A stretch of DNA of 64,000 nucleotides, from the NCBI GenBank assembly GCA_001823535.1, contig MHUT01000018.1, forward strand, positions 55,628 to 119,627. Reading direction: 5' to 3'. Source of the stretch: Candidatus Yonathbacteria bacterium RIFCSPHIGHO2_02_FULL_44_14 (GTDB lineage Bacteria > Patescibacteriota > Minisyncoccia > Phycocordibacterales > UBA1550). Under the pieces are notes generated by a model, which saw only the letters and a list, made by a program, of their open reading frames with translations, was not told the origin of the DNA and made no database searches. The translations under genes were made by a program, and so were the position numbers. Positions 49,039 to 58,207 of this stretch are shown here, piece after piece. The first letter of the stretch is position 1, and the number at the start of each line of letters is the position of its first letter.

Positions 49039-50310
49039 TTAGTACTCCCTCATCGTTATTTGTGCATCAATCTTTTTTACCAGATCAAGAACGACCGAAA
49101 CAATAATGAGGAGTGCAGTACCACCAATAGAAAGGCTGGCAATCTTGGTTAAATTTTGCATTATAAGCGGCAACACGGCGATTGCACCAAGAAATACTGC
49201 GCCAACGAGTGTAATGCGCGTTATTATCTTTGAGAGATATTCTGCGGTCGATGCGCCAGGTCTGATGCCGGGAATAAAGGCTCCGTTCTTTTGAAGATTA
49301 TTTGAAATTGCCTCCGGATCAAACGTAACTGCAGTGTAGAAAAAAGTAAACACAAACACGAGAATAAAGTAGAGTGCGCCATTTATCCAGCCATTTGCAA
49401 GCACTTTTTGAACAAAAAGCGCTATTGTCTGAATTGGCCCGCTACCCATCGTTGCAAGCGCGTTTGCAACAACAGTAGGAAAAACCAAAATAGAAAGCGC
49501 AAAAATAATCGGGATTACCCCAGCTTGATTCAAACGAAGTGGCAGATATGTCATTGTGCCGCCAACTGAGCGACCGGCACGAACCTGCTTTGCATATGTA
49601 ATAGGAACTGGTCGCTCTGCTTCTGTCATAAACACGACAGCCATAATAAGAAATATTGTTGCAACTATTGCAGCAATAAAAACTGGAATTTGTGACGCAT
49701 CAAAGGAAAATAGGAGTTGTCCTACCGTTGCGGGAATACTTGAAACGATTCCAGCAAAAATAATCAGCGAGACACCATTACCAATGCCAAACTCTGAAAT
49801 AAGCTCGCCAATCCACATAAGGAGCATGGAACCCGCCGCCACGATAATCGTGTTGGTAAAAATCTCGAACGGGGTGAGTCCAACAAGAATCCCTTGTTGT
49901 GTCAAATACGCAATCAGCCCATAACCTTGCGCCAATGCAAGTGGTACCGTAAGAAGGCGTGAATACTGCGTCATCTTGCGGCGACCAATTTCACCCTCCT
50001 CGCTCTGCATCGCCTTAATCTTTGGCGACATCATCGTCAAAAGCTGCATAATAATCGACGCCGTAATGTACGGTCCGACGCCAAGCATCACAATGGAAAC
50101 AGCAGAGAGACCACCGCCCGTAAGGAGATTCAAAAATCCAAGAGCTTGGTCATTTGCGAGGAGTGAGGTTAAATTTTGTCCTGCAGCTGCTGGAATTGGA
50201 ATATTAGCGAGAAGGCGAAATATTACCAGTGCAACAAGCATAAAGAGGACACGCCGACGCAAGGTTGCGTCTTGCACAATCATCTTTAGTTTGCGAACGA
50301 GTGTGTCCAT
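49039..50310 (-). CDS. secY: preprotein translocase subunit SecY
   Basis: 423 aa, 10 TM. Conserved position between rplO and adk. Confidence 0.9.
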   Translation of the reverse strand: MDTLVRKLKMIVQDATLRRRVLFMLVALVIFRLLANIPIPAAAGQNLTSLLANDQALGFLNLLTGGGLSAVSIVMLGVGPYITASIIMQLLTMMSPKIKAMQSEEGEIGRRKMTQYSRLLTVPLALAQGYGLIAYLTQQGILVGLTPFEIFTNTIIVAAGSMLLMWIGELISEFGIGNGVSLIIFAGIVSSIPATVGQLLFSFDASQIPVFIAAIVATIFLIMAVVFMTEAERPVPITYAKQVRAGRSVGGTMTYLPLRLNQAGVIPIIFALSILVFPTVVANALATMGSGPIQTIALFVQKVLANGWINGALYFILVFVFTFFYTAVTFDPEAISNNLQKNGAFIPGIRPGASTAEYLSKIITRITLVGAVFLGAIAVLPLIMQNLTKIASLSIGGTALLIIVSVVLDLVKKIDAQITMREY

Positions 50311-50316
50311 GAGTAT

Positions 50317-50763
50317 TTATTTTACCGTACCTCCAAGCTTTTCTACTGCCGCTTTTGCTGACTCTGAAATCAAACATCCGCGGATATCAAGTTTTTTGTC
50401 GAACTCGCCTGAAGCAAGAATCTTTACCATAGGGACCTTATTCCCTTTTTTTTCTACAAGTGCGCGCTCAAGGAGAACTTTTGGCGTAACACGATCACCT
50501 GACTTGAACTCAATACTCAAAACACCAAGGTTCAAAACGACATAGTGAACGGCTTCAGTCTTGAACTGATTGCGTGACACACCTTCCCCGCGAAGCTTTG
50601 GGAGCTTCTTGATGGTATCGCGCATCTGAGGGCGCTTGCGATGTCCGGCGCGAGCGTCTTGACCCTTGGTTCCGCGGCCAGATGTCTTTCCACGCTTTCC
50701 TCCACGTCCAACAACCTTCTTTACAGCGCGCGGCTTTCTTGTTTTTACTTCGTGTGCTTGCAT
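50317..50763 (-). CDS. rplO: 50S ribosomal protein L15
   Basis: Gly/Arg/Lys-rich N-terminus (GRGGKRGKTSGRG) characteristic of L15. Confidence 0.9.
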   Translation of the reverse strand: MQAHEVKTRKPRAVKKVVGRGGKRGKTSGRGTKGQDARAGHRKRPQMRDTIKKLPKLRGEGVSRNQFKTEAVHYVVLNLGVLSIEFKSGDRVTPKVLLERALVEKKGNKVPMVKILASGEFDKKLDIRGCLISESAKAAVEKLGGTVK

Positions 50764-50777
50764 AATAGTATTTTAAA

Positions 50778-51479
50778 TTACTTTGTTGCTGGCTCTTCAA
50801 CAACCTTCGTTCCTTTAGCGCGAAGCTGTTCAAGTGCCTTTATTGTAGCGCGCGCGTTGTTGAGTTTATTCTTTGAACCAGAAAGGATCTTTGCGCGAAC
50901 ATTCTTGATACCCGCAAGTTCAAGTACATTACGCACCGAGCTTCCAGCAACCATACCACGACCTGCTGCGGGCATAATCATTACTGTTGCTGAAGATTCC
51001 TTTGCCTCTACTTCATGAGGAATCATCATCCCACTTGTGAGGAGAACCTTGATCATATTTTTCTTGGCATTTTTTGTTGCCTTTTCAATAGCGGCTGCAG
51101 TGTCAGCAGCCTTACCAATACCTACACCCACAGAACCCTTGCGGTTCCCCGCTACGAGTGCGACAGAAAATGCAAAACGACGACCTCCAGCAACCACGCG
51201 AGTTACACGACGAATCTGGATGAGTTTGTTGTCAAACTCCGGCTTCACACGCTCGAAACCTGCGCCTCCGCGACCGCCGCGAGGTGAGCCCTTACCAGAA
51301 CCGCCACGGCTGGCGCCTGCGCCTCCCCTCGCTCCACTGCGGCCAGTTGACGAGCCTCCACGTGCTCCACCAAAAGATGGACGTGATGGAGGAGTATGTG
51401 CAGGAGCAGCAGCTGCTGGCGCTGCTACTGTCGTCTGAGCAGTCTCACTGGTATTCTTTTGTGTGGTTGTTTCTGTCAT
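50778..51479 (-). CDS. rpsE: 30S ribosomal protein S5 (with Gly/Arg-rich N-terminal extension)
   Basis: RVTRVVAGGRRFAFSVALVAGNRKGSVGVGIGKA core. rplO follows directly, so no L30 gene. Confidence 0.9.
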   Translation of the reverse strand: MTETTTQKNTSETAQTTVAAPAAAAPAHTPPSRPSFGGARGGSSTGRSGARGGAGASRGGSGKGSPRGGRGGAGFERVKPEFDNKLIQIRRVTRVVAGGRRFAFSVALVAGNRKGSVGVGIGKAADTAAAIEKATKNAKKNMIKVLLTSGMMIPHEVEAKESSATVMIMPAAGRGMVAGSSVRNVLELAGIKNVRAKILSGSKNKLNNARATIKALEQLRAKGTKVVEEPATK

Positions 51480-51492
51480 ATAATTATAAAAT

Positions 51493-51843
51493 TTAGAATA
51501 CTAGACCGCCTTCACGAGCACCGTCAGCAAATGCGCGAACACGTCCAGTAAAGATGAACCCCCCGCGATCAAAGACTACAGCTGAAAGACCCTTTGCCTT
51601 TGCGCTCTTTGCGAGAGCCTCGCCTGCCTCTTTTGCGCGCGCTGTCTTTGTCTTACCTTTGAGGCCCATGTCTGACACAGCAGAAAGTGTCACACCTTTT
51701 GTGTCGTCAATAATCTGAGCATAAATATAACTGTTTGACTTGAAAATAGCGAGGCGCGGGCGCTCTGAAGTACCTGAAACCTTCGCTCGGATGCGGTTGT
51801 GACGACGTGTACGCTGTCCTTTTTTTGTTAATTTTATAGTCAT
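51493..51843 (-). CDS. rplR: 50S ribosomal protein L18
   Basis: 116 aa, [18 protein letters not shown] motif. Confidence 0.9.
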   Translation of the reverse strand: MTIKLTKKGQRTRRHNRIRAKVSGTSERPRLAIFKSNSYIYAQIIDDTKGVTLSAVSDMGLKGKTKTARAKEAGEALAKSAKAKGLSAVVFDRGGFIFTGRVRAFADGAREGGLVF

Positions 51844-51856
51844 ATTAGTTTAAAGA

Positions 51857-52390
51857 TTATGCAGACTTCTTACCCTGCTTGCGACGGATAACTTCCGTCG
51901 AGTAGCGAATACCCTTTCCCTTGTAAGGTTCTGGTTTTTTGTTTGCTCGGATCTGCGCCGCAAACTGCCCTACCGACTCCTTGTTGATTGATGAAATAGT
52001 GAGAACGTTTTTCTCAACGAGAACTTTCACATCTGCGGGGATATTCATAGGAACCTTATGTGAGAAACCAAGTGAGAAGACGAGAACATTCCCCTGTGGC
52101 TCAACCTTGTAACCAACACCTTCAATGATAAGCTTTTTGATGAACGCGGTATTCACGCCGGCAACCATGTTCACAAGGTGTGATGCGTATGTTCCCCAGA
52201 GAGCCTTTGCTTCTTTTGAGCTGTTCTTTGGAGTGAATACTATTGTCGCACCTTCGACCTTAATATCGACAGGACCTGAGAAATCACGAGTAAGATCACC
52301 CAAAGGACCCTTCACTGTAACTACAGTGTCGTTTTGTGCGACGGTTGTGCCCGTCGGAATCGTTACGCCTTTTTTTCCAATTCGTGACAT
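51857..52390 (-). CDS. rplF: 50S ribosomal protein L6
   Basis: MSRIGKKGVTIP... two-domain L6. Confidence 0.9.
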   Translation of the reverse strand: MSRIGKKGVTIPTGTTVAQNDTVVTVKGPLGDLTRDFSGPVDIKVEGATIVFTPKNSSKEAKALWGTYASHLVNMVAGVNTAFIKKLIIEGVGYKVEPQGNVLVFSLGFSHKVPMNIPADVKVLVEKNVLTISSINKESVGQFAAQIRANKKPEPYKGKGIRYSTEVIRRKQGKKSA

Positions 52391-52406
52391 ATATAAATGA
52401 TATTAA

Positions 52407-52796
52407 TTACCAGATCTTAAAGAGAGCTTCGCCACCGACCTGTCCTTTCCTTGCTTCATCGCCAGTCATAATACCCTTTGGAGTCGAGATAACCATCAAG
52501 CCATAACCATTCTTAACCTGCTTAATCTCGTCCGCCTTTAGATAAAAACGGCGTGAAGGCTTTGACATGCGCAGAACATCTGCCACACGCGGCTTCTTGC
52601 CCTCATACGCAATACCGACCTCGAGAGTCTTTTGGACCTTCTTGCCTTTTTTTGCATATGAAGCGATGTAGCCTTCCACAAAGAGAACCTTAGCGATAGA
52701 CTCTTTCATGTTAGAAAAAGGCATCTCGGCTAAATCCTTGCCGGCGTTTCCTGCATTCTTGATGCGAATAAGCATATCTGCGATTGGGTCGTGCAT
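52407..52796 (-). CDS. rpsH: 30S ribosomal protein S8
   Basis: Internal Met MHDPIADMLIRIKNAG taken as the start. The ORF-track start 52880 overlaps rpsN. Confidence 0.85.
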   Translation of the reverse strand: MHDPIADMLIRIKNAGNAGKDLAEMPFSNMKESIAKVLFVEGYIASYAKKGKKVQKTLEVGIAYEGKKPRVADVLRMSKPSRRFYLKADEIKQVKNGYGLMVISTPKGIMTGDEARKGQVGGEALFKIW

Positions 52797-52810
52797 ATAA
52801 AAGTAGTGAA

Positions 52811-52996
52811 TTACCAAGAAGACTTCTTTACTCCGGGAATTTTGCCATCGTTTGCAAGCTCGCGGAAGCAAATACGGCAAAGATCAAAATCACGCATGTA
52901 GCCACGACGACGGCTGCAGTTGAAACAACGGCGCACAATGCGTGAGCTAAATTTTGGCGTCTTTGCGGCGCGTGCGGTTACTGATGTTTTTGCCAT
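52811..52996 (-). CDS. rpsZ: 30S ribosomal protein S14, type Z (zinc-binding, 61 aa)
   Basis: CxxC...CxxC (CFNCSRRRG...CRIC). Confidence 0.85.
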   Translation of the reverse strand: MAKTSVTARAAKTPKFSSRIVRRCFNCSRRRGYMRDFDLCRICFRELANDGKIPGVKKSSW

Positions 52997-53588
52997 AAAT
53001 TAAAATACGATGCTTTTGCCAATATCTCGCGCAAATTCTTTTGAAGACCTTCGCTTGCGCAAAAGTCTTCAAAAGGAGGTGCGCGGATTGCTCAAAAACC
53101 CGTAGAAGCATCCTAGCATATAGGGAAATAATGTCAACAAAAAAAGGCGGCCTTGCGGTCGCCTTTGTCAATTCTGGAGAAAATCGAGTTATGTTATGCG
53201 TAAATTACCGCAAAACGTCTGGTGTTTGCGGTTTGTAGCAGTGAGTCGCTCGAACCCGCGATGGCACGCGACAGAAAGAACATCGGAACGAGTGTGACTG
53301 CTGTGCCCTGACAAAATATCTTTTGAATCTTCGGGGAACATTCCCTGATTACTTGCTGGCGCGCTGGAGCGAGGCTTTCTCTCATTACGGCTGAAATTCT
53401 TCAAAAAACCCCAAATATTCCATGGTGAAGGGCCGCGATTGCGCCCGGTTTGTTCATGACCAACTTGTCCAATTTGACGAGATTTCCGAGATGCCATGAC
53501 TTTTCTCCCCTGTAAAGATCATATCAACGCACACGCGGTGATAGCGAACATCATCCCATATATGAGTACTAAGCACAAGTCCTCTTGT

Positions 53589-53624
53589 AAAAACAGACGG
53601 CCGATGGTTGGGCCGTCTGTTTTG
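53589..53624. terminator. strong bidirectional hairpin terminator inside the rplE-rpsZ spacer
   Basis: AAAACAGACGGCC-gatggttg-GGCCGTCTGTTTT. On the minus strand it is followed by TTTTTAC. Confidence 0.5.
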
Positions 53625-53976
53625 AACCGCTGATTGTTATGAGTGAATCAACCCCACCCTACCCCATGTTGCAAAAAATGCATCTCCGCCGATGTGGCGG
53701 TTGTCGCTATTTTCATTGTCTTGATGAACGCCGTAAGCACATACAGGCTTACCTCCAATGACAATGCTGTCTTGTCCATGGTTTTCCAGATGGTCGGTAT
53801 CAAGGACCCCATCATATCCCAAATGCTTTGGACTCATTACACCACCTTGCATGATTTTCCCCTTTAGGTAAAGAACTCTTGGATACACCCCATGTCTACC
53901 CAATTACGTTGTATTATCCCACCAATGTTTAAAAAACGCAAGGAAAAAGCTGAGAACCTATCACTATCTCGTGGTA

Positions 53977-54091
53977 CCCAGCCTAGAAACCCTTATTTTT
54001 AGGCGAAAACAAGTCGGAGCGCGAGACATAATGAATTATGTCTCGCGTGAGACGAAGTTTTGCAGCCAAAAATAAGGGTTTCTAGGTTGGG
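53977..54091. repeat. 115-nt nested hairpin (25-bp outer stem, 13-bp inner stem) 60 nt downstream of rplE
   Basis: Outer CCCAGCCTAGAAACCCTTATTTTTAGG / CCAAAAATAAGGGTTTCTAGGTTGGG. Inner CGCGAGACATAAT-ga-ATTATGTCTCGCG (54020-54047). Confidence 0.5.
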
Positions 54092-54150
54092 GGAAGATAG
54101 TGGATAGGTTCTCGGTTCAGGATTTACCTGAACTGAGCTTTTTGCATAGT

Positions 54151-54696
54151 CTATTTCTTCGTTGGAACGCCGATGATGTCGAAAAATCGAGATGCCTCAG
54201 CCTTATTCTTTGCAGTGGTTACAATAGTAACCGCCAAACCAAACAGGTCCTTTATGTCTTCGTCTGCAACCTCAGGGAAAATTGTCTGCTCTTTTACACC
54301 GAGAGTTAGGTTCCCCATCTCGTCGATACTCTTTTTGTCGTAGCCACGGAAGTCGCGAGTTCGAGGGATAGCGACGTTGAAAAATTTATCAAGAAAGCCC
54401 ATCATGCGCGCACCGCGGAGTGTTACTGCGACACCGATCTTGTCTCCTTCGCGAAGCTTAAATGCAGCAATAGACTTTTTTGCAGCACGAAGTGAGGGCT
54501 TTTGACCAGTAATCTTTGCAATTCGTCCCATCACCATCTCATTGCGATTCTTGTCTTTTGAGCGACCAGTTGTTGCAGAAACAACAACCTTCACAAGGCG
54601 AGGGGCGGCAAGCTTCGCCTTGTAGCCAAACTCCGCTTTCATTGCATCAAAAGCGTCTGCTTGTCTTTCCTTAACTGTTTTAAATGCTGATTTCAT
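54151..54696 (-). CDS. rplE: 50S ribosomal protein L5
   Basis: 181 aa, conserved L5 core. Confidence 0.9.
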   Translation of the reverse strand: MKSAFKTVKERQADAFDAMKAEFGYKAKLAAPRLVKVVVSATTGRSKDKNRNEMVMGRIAKITGQKPSLRAAKKSIAAFKLREGDKIGVAVTLRGARMMGFLDKFFNVAIPRTRDFRGYDKKSIDEMGNLTLGVKEQTIFPEVADEDIKDLFGLAVTIVTTAKNKAEASRFFDIIGVPTKK

Positions 54697-54714
54697 AATA
54701 TTAAAATTAAAAGA

Positions 54715-55023
54715 CTACTTGAGTTCCGATCCGCTTTTTTTGGTAACGCGAACATTCTTGCCATCGATCAACTTCTTGCCAACGCGCGTACGCTTGCCGG
54801 TTTTTGGGTCAACAACCATCACATTTGAAGCGTTGATTGGCATTGCTCGTTCGATGATTTGACCGCTCTTCCCTTTTGTGCGGGACTTCTCGTGCAGTTT
54901 TGAAATATTTGCACCATCTACGACTACGCGATTAACAAGCGGAAGAACCTGAAGGATTGTTCCTTTCTTTCCTTTGTCCATTCCAGTGATCACGATCACG
55001 TTGTCTCCTTTTTTGAGTTTCAT
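54715..55023 (-). CDS. rplX: 50S ribosomal protein L24
   Basis: MKLKKGDNVIVITGMDKGKKG KOW motif. Confidence 0.9.
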   Translation of the reverse strand: MKLKKGDNVIVITGMDKGKKGTILQVLPLVNRVVVDGANISKLHEKSRTKGKSGQIIERAMPINASNVMVVDPKTGKRTRVGKKLIDGKNVRVTKKSGSELK

Positions 55024-55049
55024 AGTGGTGGTAGAGTAAATAATATTTG

Positions 55050-55421
55050 TTAAAGCACTTCTGGCGCAAGTGAACCAATTTTATTGTATCCGATTTCAGT
55101 AATCTCGCGAGGAATTGGTCCAAAAATACGACCCGCCTTGGCCTCCTTCTTCACTTTGTCGACAATAATAACCGCATTGTCATCAAAACGAATATAAGAT
55201 CCGTCCTTGCGACGATACGCATTGCGCGTACGAACAACGAGTGCCGTAAGAACATCCTTTTTCTTTACTGACTTGCGTGGCTCTGCAACCTGTACCGAGA
55301 GGACAACCAAATCACCAATCATCGCATAGCGCTTCTTCGAGCTCCCGAGCACCTTGAACACACGACCGATCTTTCCGCCAGTGTTATCAGTTATCTTTAC
55401 GATTGTTTGTGGTTGTATCAT
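55050..55421 (-). CDS. rplN: 50S ribosomal protein L14
   Basis: Internal Met MIQPQTIVKITDNTGGK is the conserved L14 start. The longer ORF-track version overlaps rpsQ. Confidence 0.85.
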   Translation of the reverse strand: MIQPQTIVKITDNTGGKIGRVFKVLGSSKKRYAMIGDLVVLSVQVAEPRKSVKKKDVLTALVVRTRNAYRRKDGSYIRFDDNAVIIVDKVKKEAKAGRIFGPIPREITEIGYNKIGSLAPEVL

Positions 55422-55452
55422 GGTAAATTTGTTATCTATTCTACACTTTTGA

Positions 55453-55731
55453 TTATGCGATTTTCTTTCCGATGACCTTGAAAGATTTATCTTTCGAGAT
55501 GGGGCGACATTCTTCAATAGTAACTTGGTCTCCTGTTTTAAATGCACCTTCTTCGTCGTGCGCTTTGTACTTTTTAGAAATTTTCATAAACTTTCCGTAC
55601 TTTGGATGCTTTTTAAAACGATTTACAAGGACCGTTACCGTCTTCATCATCTTGTCTGACACGACAGTTCCTTGAAGTTGCTTACGGGTTACGTTGCTTT
55701 CTGTGCTAGTTTTTTTGTTGGTTTTTTCCAT
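55453..55731 (-). CDS. rpsQ: 30S ribosomal protein S17
   Basis: [29 protein letters not shown]-fold signature. Confidence 0.85.
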   Translation of the reverse strand: MEKTNKKTSTESNVTRKQLQGTVVSDKMMKTVTVLVNRFKKHPKYGKFMKISKKYKAHDEEGAFKTGDQVTIEECRPISKDKSFKVIGKKIA

Positions 55732-55741
55732 AATAGTAGTG

Positions 55742-55936
55742 TTATGCGATTACGTTGCGATTGCGCATGTTCTGCTCAGTAAGAATGCGTGCGATTTCTT
55801 TACGCGCGAGCATCGACGCTTTCACGTTCTTTTTTGCAGAACCTGCAATGTCGAAACGGAACGCACGAACTGCCTCCCTTTTTTCACTAAGGAGTTTTAC
55901 CAAATCATCCACGCTTTTTTTCTTGATTTCTTTCAT
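55742..55936 (-). CDS. rpmC: 50S ribosomal protein L29
   Basis: 64 aa helical, position between rplP and rpsQ. Confidence 0.8.
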   Translation of the reverse strand: MKEIKKKSVDDLVKLLSEKREAVRAFRFDIAGSAKKNVKASMLARKEIARILTEQNMRNRNVIA

Positions 55937-55949
55937 AAGAGTAGCTTAA

Positions 55950-56381
55950 TTATGCAGTTTCCACACGTCGCACGATACGAGTTTTAAGAGGAAGCTTCGC
56001 TCCCGCCTTCTTGAGCGCCTTTACTGCGGTCGCTTCGTCAACACCATCAACTTCAAAAAGCATACGACCTGGACGAACTTCAAACACATATCCTTGAAGC
56101 TCACCTTTACCCTTACCCATACCCACCTGTGCCCCCTTCTGCGTCCATGGTCGGTCTGGGAAAATACGGATCCACATCTTGCCAACTTTAGTAATAGTGC
56201 GAACAATAGCTTTACGTGATGCTTCGATTTGATTTGACTTCACACGCGCCTGTGTCTCAGCCTTTAGTCCAAATGAGCCAAACGCAAGCGTAATACCACG
56301 CGTTTCAGGTGCGGCAAGCTTCGCCTCGCTTTTGCGAGCGTTCTGCCATTTTCTGTACTTTACTTTCTTTGGGAATAACAT
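55950..56381 (-). CDS. rplP: 50S ribosomal protein L16
   Basis: MLFPKKVKYRKWQ... conserved start. Confidence 0.9.
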   Translation of the reverse strand: MLFPKKVKYRKWQNARKSEAKLAAPETRGITLAFGSFGLKAETQARVKSNQIEASRKAIVRTITKVGKMWIRIFPDRPWTQKGAQVGMGKGKGELQGYVFEVRPGRMLFEVDGVDEATAVKALKKAGAKLPLKTRIVRRVETA

Positions 56382-56402
56382 GTTGGTATATTAAAAATTT
56401 GA

Positions 56403-57101
56403 CTATTGGAATGTCTGGGTCTCGGTTGCAACAAGCTTCTTTTTGCTGTCCGCAAAAATCTGACCTTTGTAAACCCAAACTTTGATACCAATAGCACCAT
56501 AAGGAAGGCGAGCAGTGTTCTTTGCAAAATCAATGTCTGCGCGAAAAGTCTGAAGTGGGATACCCCCGCGACGAATCTGCTCGTAGCGCGCCATTTCTGC
56601 ACCACCCAAACGACCAGATATTGCGATACGTGCACCCTTTACTTCGCGATTTGCCATAACCTTTTCAATAGTCTGTTTCAAGATCATGCGGAAAGGTAGG
56701 CGCTTCTCGAGACCCTCGGCAACCATTTCTGCAACAACAGCGGCATTACCTTCTGGCGAACGAACTTCCTCAATATCGAGCTTGAAGTCTTTTGGGATAT
56801 CAAGCTTGAGACGAGTTGCTTCTTTCAAGATATCATTTTTCAGCTTTACTGAACCTTCACCGGCACGACCGATAACCATACCCGGGCGAGCAGTCTTGAT
56901 GAGAATACGAAAAGTCTTTGCATTGCGCTCGATTTCAACACCTGCAATATAGCTGCCACGAAGACGTTTATCGAGAAATTTGCGAATGAGCACGTCACCC
57001 TTGAGAAACTTCTTGAAATCATCTTTTGCGCCAAACCAACGTGATTTCCAATCACGGATGATTCCCAAACGGTGCGCATATGGATGTACGATGTGTGTCA
57101 T
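56403..57101 (-). CDS. rpsC: 30S ribosomal protein S3
   Basis: KH domain + S3 C-terminal domain, 232 aa. Confidence 0.9.
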   Translation of the reverse strand: MTHIVHPYAHRLGIIRDWKSRWFGAKDDFKKFLKGDVLIRKFLDKRLRGSYIAGVEIERNAKTFRILIKTARPGMVIGRAGEGSVKLKNDILKEATRLKLDIPKDFKLDIEEVRSPEGNAAVVAEMVAEGLEKRLPFRMILKQTIEKVMANREVKGARIAISGRLGGAEMARYEQIRRGGIPLQTFRADIDFAKNTARLPYGAIGIKVWVYKGQIFADSKKKLVATETQTFQ

Positions 57102-57102
57102 G

Positions 57103-57561
57103 TTATTTTGTCTTTTTAGCTGCCTTAACCTTTGCTACAGCCTTTACTTTTGCAAGAGCAGTCTTCTTTGACACCTTAGGTGCCTCTACTTCTAATTCAG
57201 TCTTCTTTGCCATCTTCTTTGAAGGCGCAATATCTGCACTTGCAATGAGCTCAATCATGATGTGGCTTGTGTGCTTGTGAATAGGGTGTGCAGTGCCATG
57301 CGACTTTGGCATAGAGCGTTTGAGGATTGTACCCTGGTCCACACGCACTTCTTTTACAAAAAGATCTACTAGTGCAATGCCATCGTTTTCCTTTGCGTTT
57401 GCAACGGCTGACATCAAAAGCTTTTTCATTGGACCTGATGCACGCTTTGGAAGCACGTCGAGTTCAACCAAAGCACGGGGAACAGTCTTCCCTTTAATAA
57501 GATTTGCCACAAGGCGGACCTTGCGTGGCGCTTGACGATAACTTCTAAGAATTGCTTTCAT
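57103..57561 (-). CDS. rplV: 50S ribosomal protein L22 (Lys/Ala-rich C-terminal extension)
   Basis: Conserved L22 core followed by AKKTELEVEAPKVSKKTALAKVKAVAKVKAAKK tail. Confidence 0.85.
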   Translation of the reverse strand: MKAILRSYRQAPRKVRLVANLIKGKTVPRALVELDVLPKRASGPMKKLLMSAVANAKENDGIALVDLFVKEVRVDQGTILKRSMPKSHGTAHPIHKHTSHIMIELIASADIAPSKKMAKKTELEVEAPKVSKKTALAKVKAVAKVKAAKKTK

Positions 57562-57567
57562 GGTTAA

Positions 57568-57915
57568 TTATTTCTTCTTAGCAGCAGGTGTTTCGGATTT
57601 AGCGGCTTTTGCAGCAGTGATTTCTGCTTCTTTCTTCTTTTGCTCAAGCTCCTTCTGCATTTTGCCTCCGTGTCGTACAAATTTCTTTGTAGGAGAAAAC
57701 TCTCCGAGTCTGTGCCCTACCATATCTTCAGTCACGCGAACTTCAAGATGTGTCTTACCATTGTACACACCAAAAAGGAATCCTACCATTTCTGGGGAGA
57801 TTTGGCTCGAACGCGCCCATGTCTTTATCATTGCGGCGGTTGATGCGCTTTTGCCAACAAGTTTCTCCAAGAGTCTTGGGTCAATATATGGTCCTTTTTT
57901 TAGTGATCGTGTCAT
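57568..57915 (-). CDS. rpsS: 30S ribosomal protein S19 (C-terminal Lys-rich extension)
   Basis: Internal Met MTRSLKKGPYIDPRLLEK is the conserved start. Confidence 0.85.
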   Translation of the reverse strand: MTRSLKKGPYIDPRLLEKLVGKSASTAAMIKTWARSSQISPEMVGFLFGVYNGKTHLEVRVTEDMVGHRLGEFSPTKKFVRHGGKMQKELEQKKKEAEITAAKAAKSETPAAKKK

Positions 57916-57945
57916 TTGATAATAGGGTGTCTTTAAACAAAACAA

Positions 57946-58047
57946 CCCAGCCCTTACTTTGTTGCGTAAATTAACCTTTACGCACACAACGCAGAAACTG
58001 CATAATATCCTAACTCCCTAAATTATGCAACAAAGCAGGGGCTGGGT
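57946..58047. promoter_or_regulatory. long imperfect hairpin in the rpsS leader (CCCAGCCC... / ...GGGGCTGGG family)
   Basis: cccagcccttactttgttgcgtaa (57946-57969) vs ttatgcaacaaagcaggggctggg (58024-58047). Same GGGGCTGGG core as the infC-rpmI leader hairpin. Confidence 0.4.
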
Positions 58048-58149
58048 CGTAATGTATCTTACCAAATTGAAGAATAATGTCAAATCGGACGGCGGGCGCT
58101 ATCCGTCTCGATTACAAAAAAGATGTAACAATTGACAAAAGGAGGGTCT

Positions 58150-58185
58150 GCGCTTCGCGCAGACCCTCCTTTTACAGTGTATTTT
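58150..58185. terminator. bidirectional intrinsic terminator separating the inserted secreted-protein genes from rpsS
   Basis: AAAAGGAGGGTCTGCGC-ttcg-GCGCAGACCCTCCTTTT. Confidence 0.55.
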
Positions 58186-58207
58186 TGGCAAACGTCAATT
58201 ATTTTCC

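Noticed and set aside
52407-52880. Extended N-termini in ORF-track versions of rpsH, rplN (55050..55547) and rpsS (57568..57987)
   Set aside because: The extensions overlap the upstream r-protein genes. Conserved internal Met residues (MHDPIADML, MIQPQTIVK, MTRSLKKGPY) give canonical protein starts, so the genes were trimmed.
53189-53497. 102-aa ORF in the rplE-rpsZ spacer
   Set aside because: No recognisable domain. It overlaps other equally weak ORFs on both strands in a structured region, so its coding status cannot be supported. The 88-aa ORF at 53637..53903 is only mentioned as a possibility.
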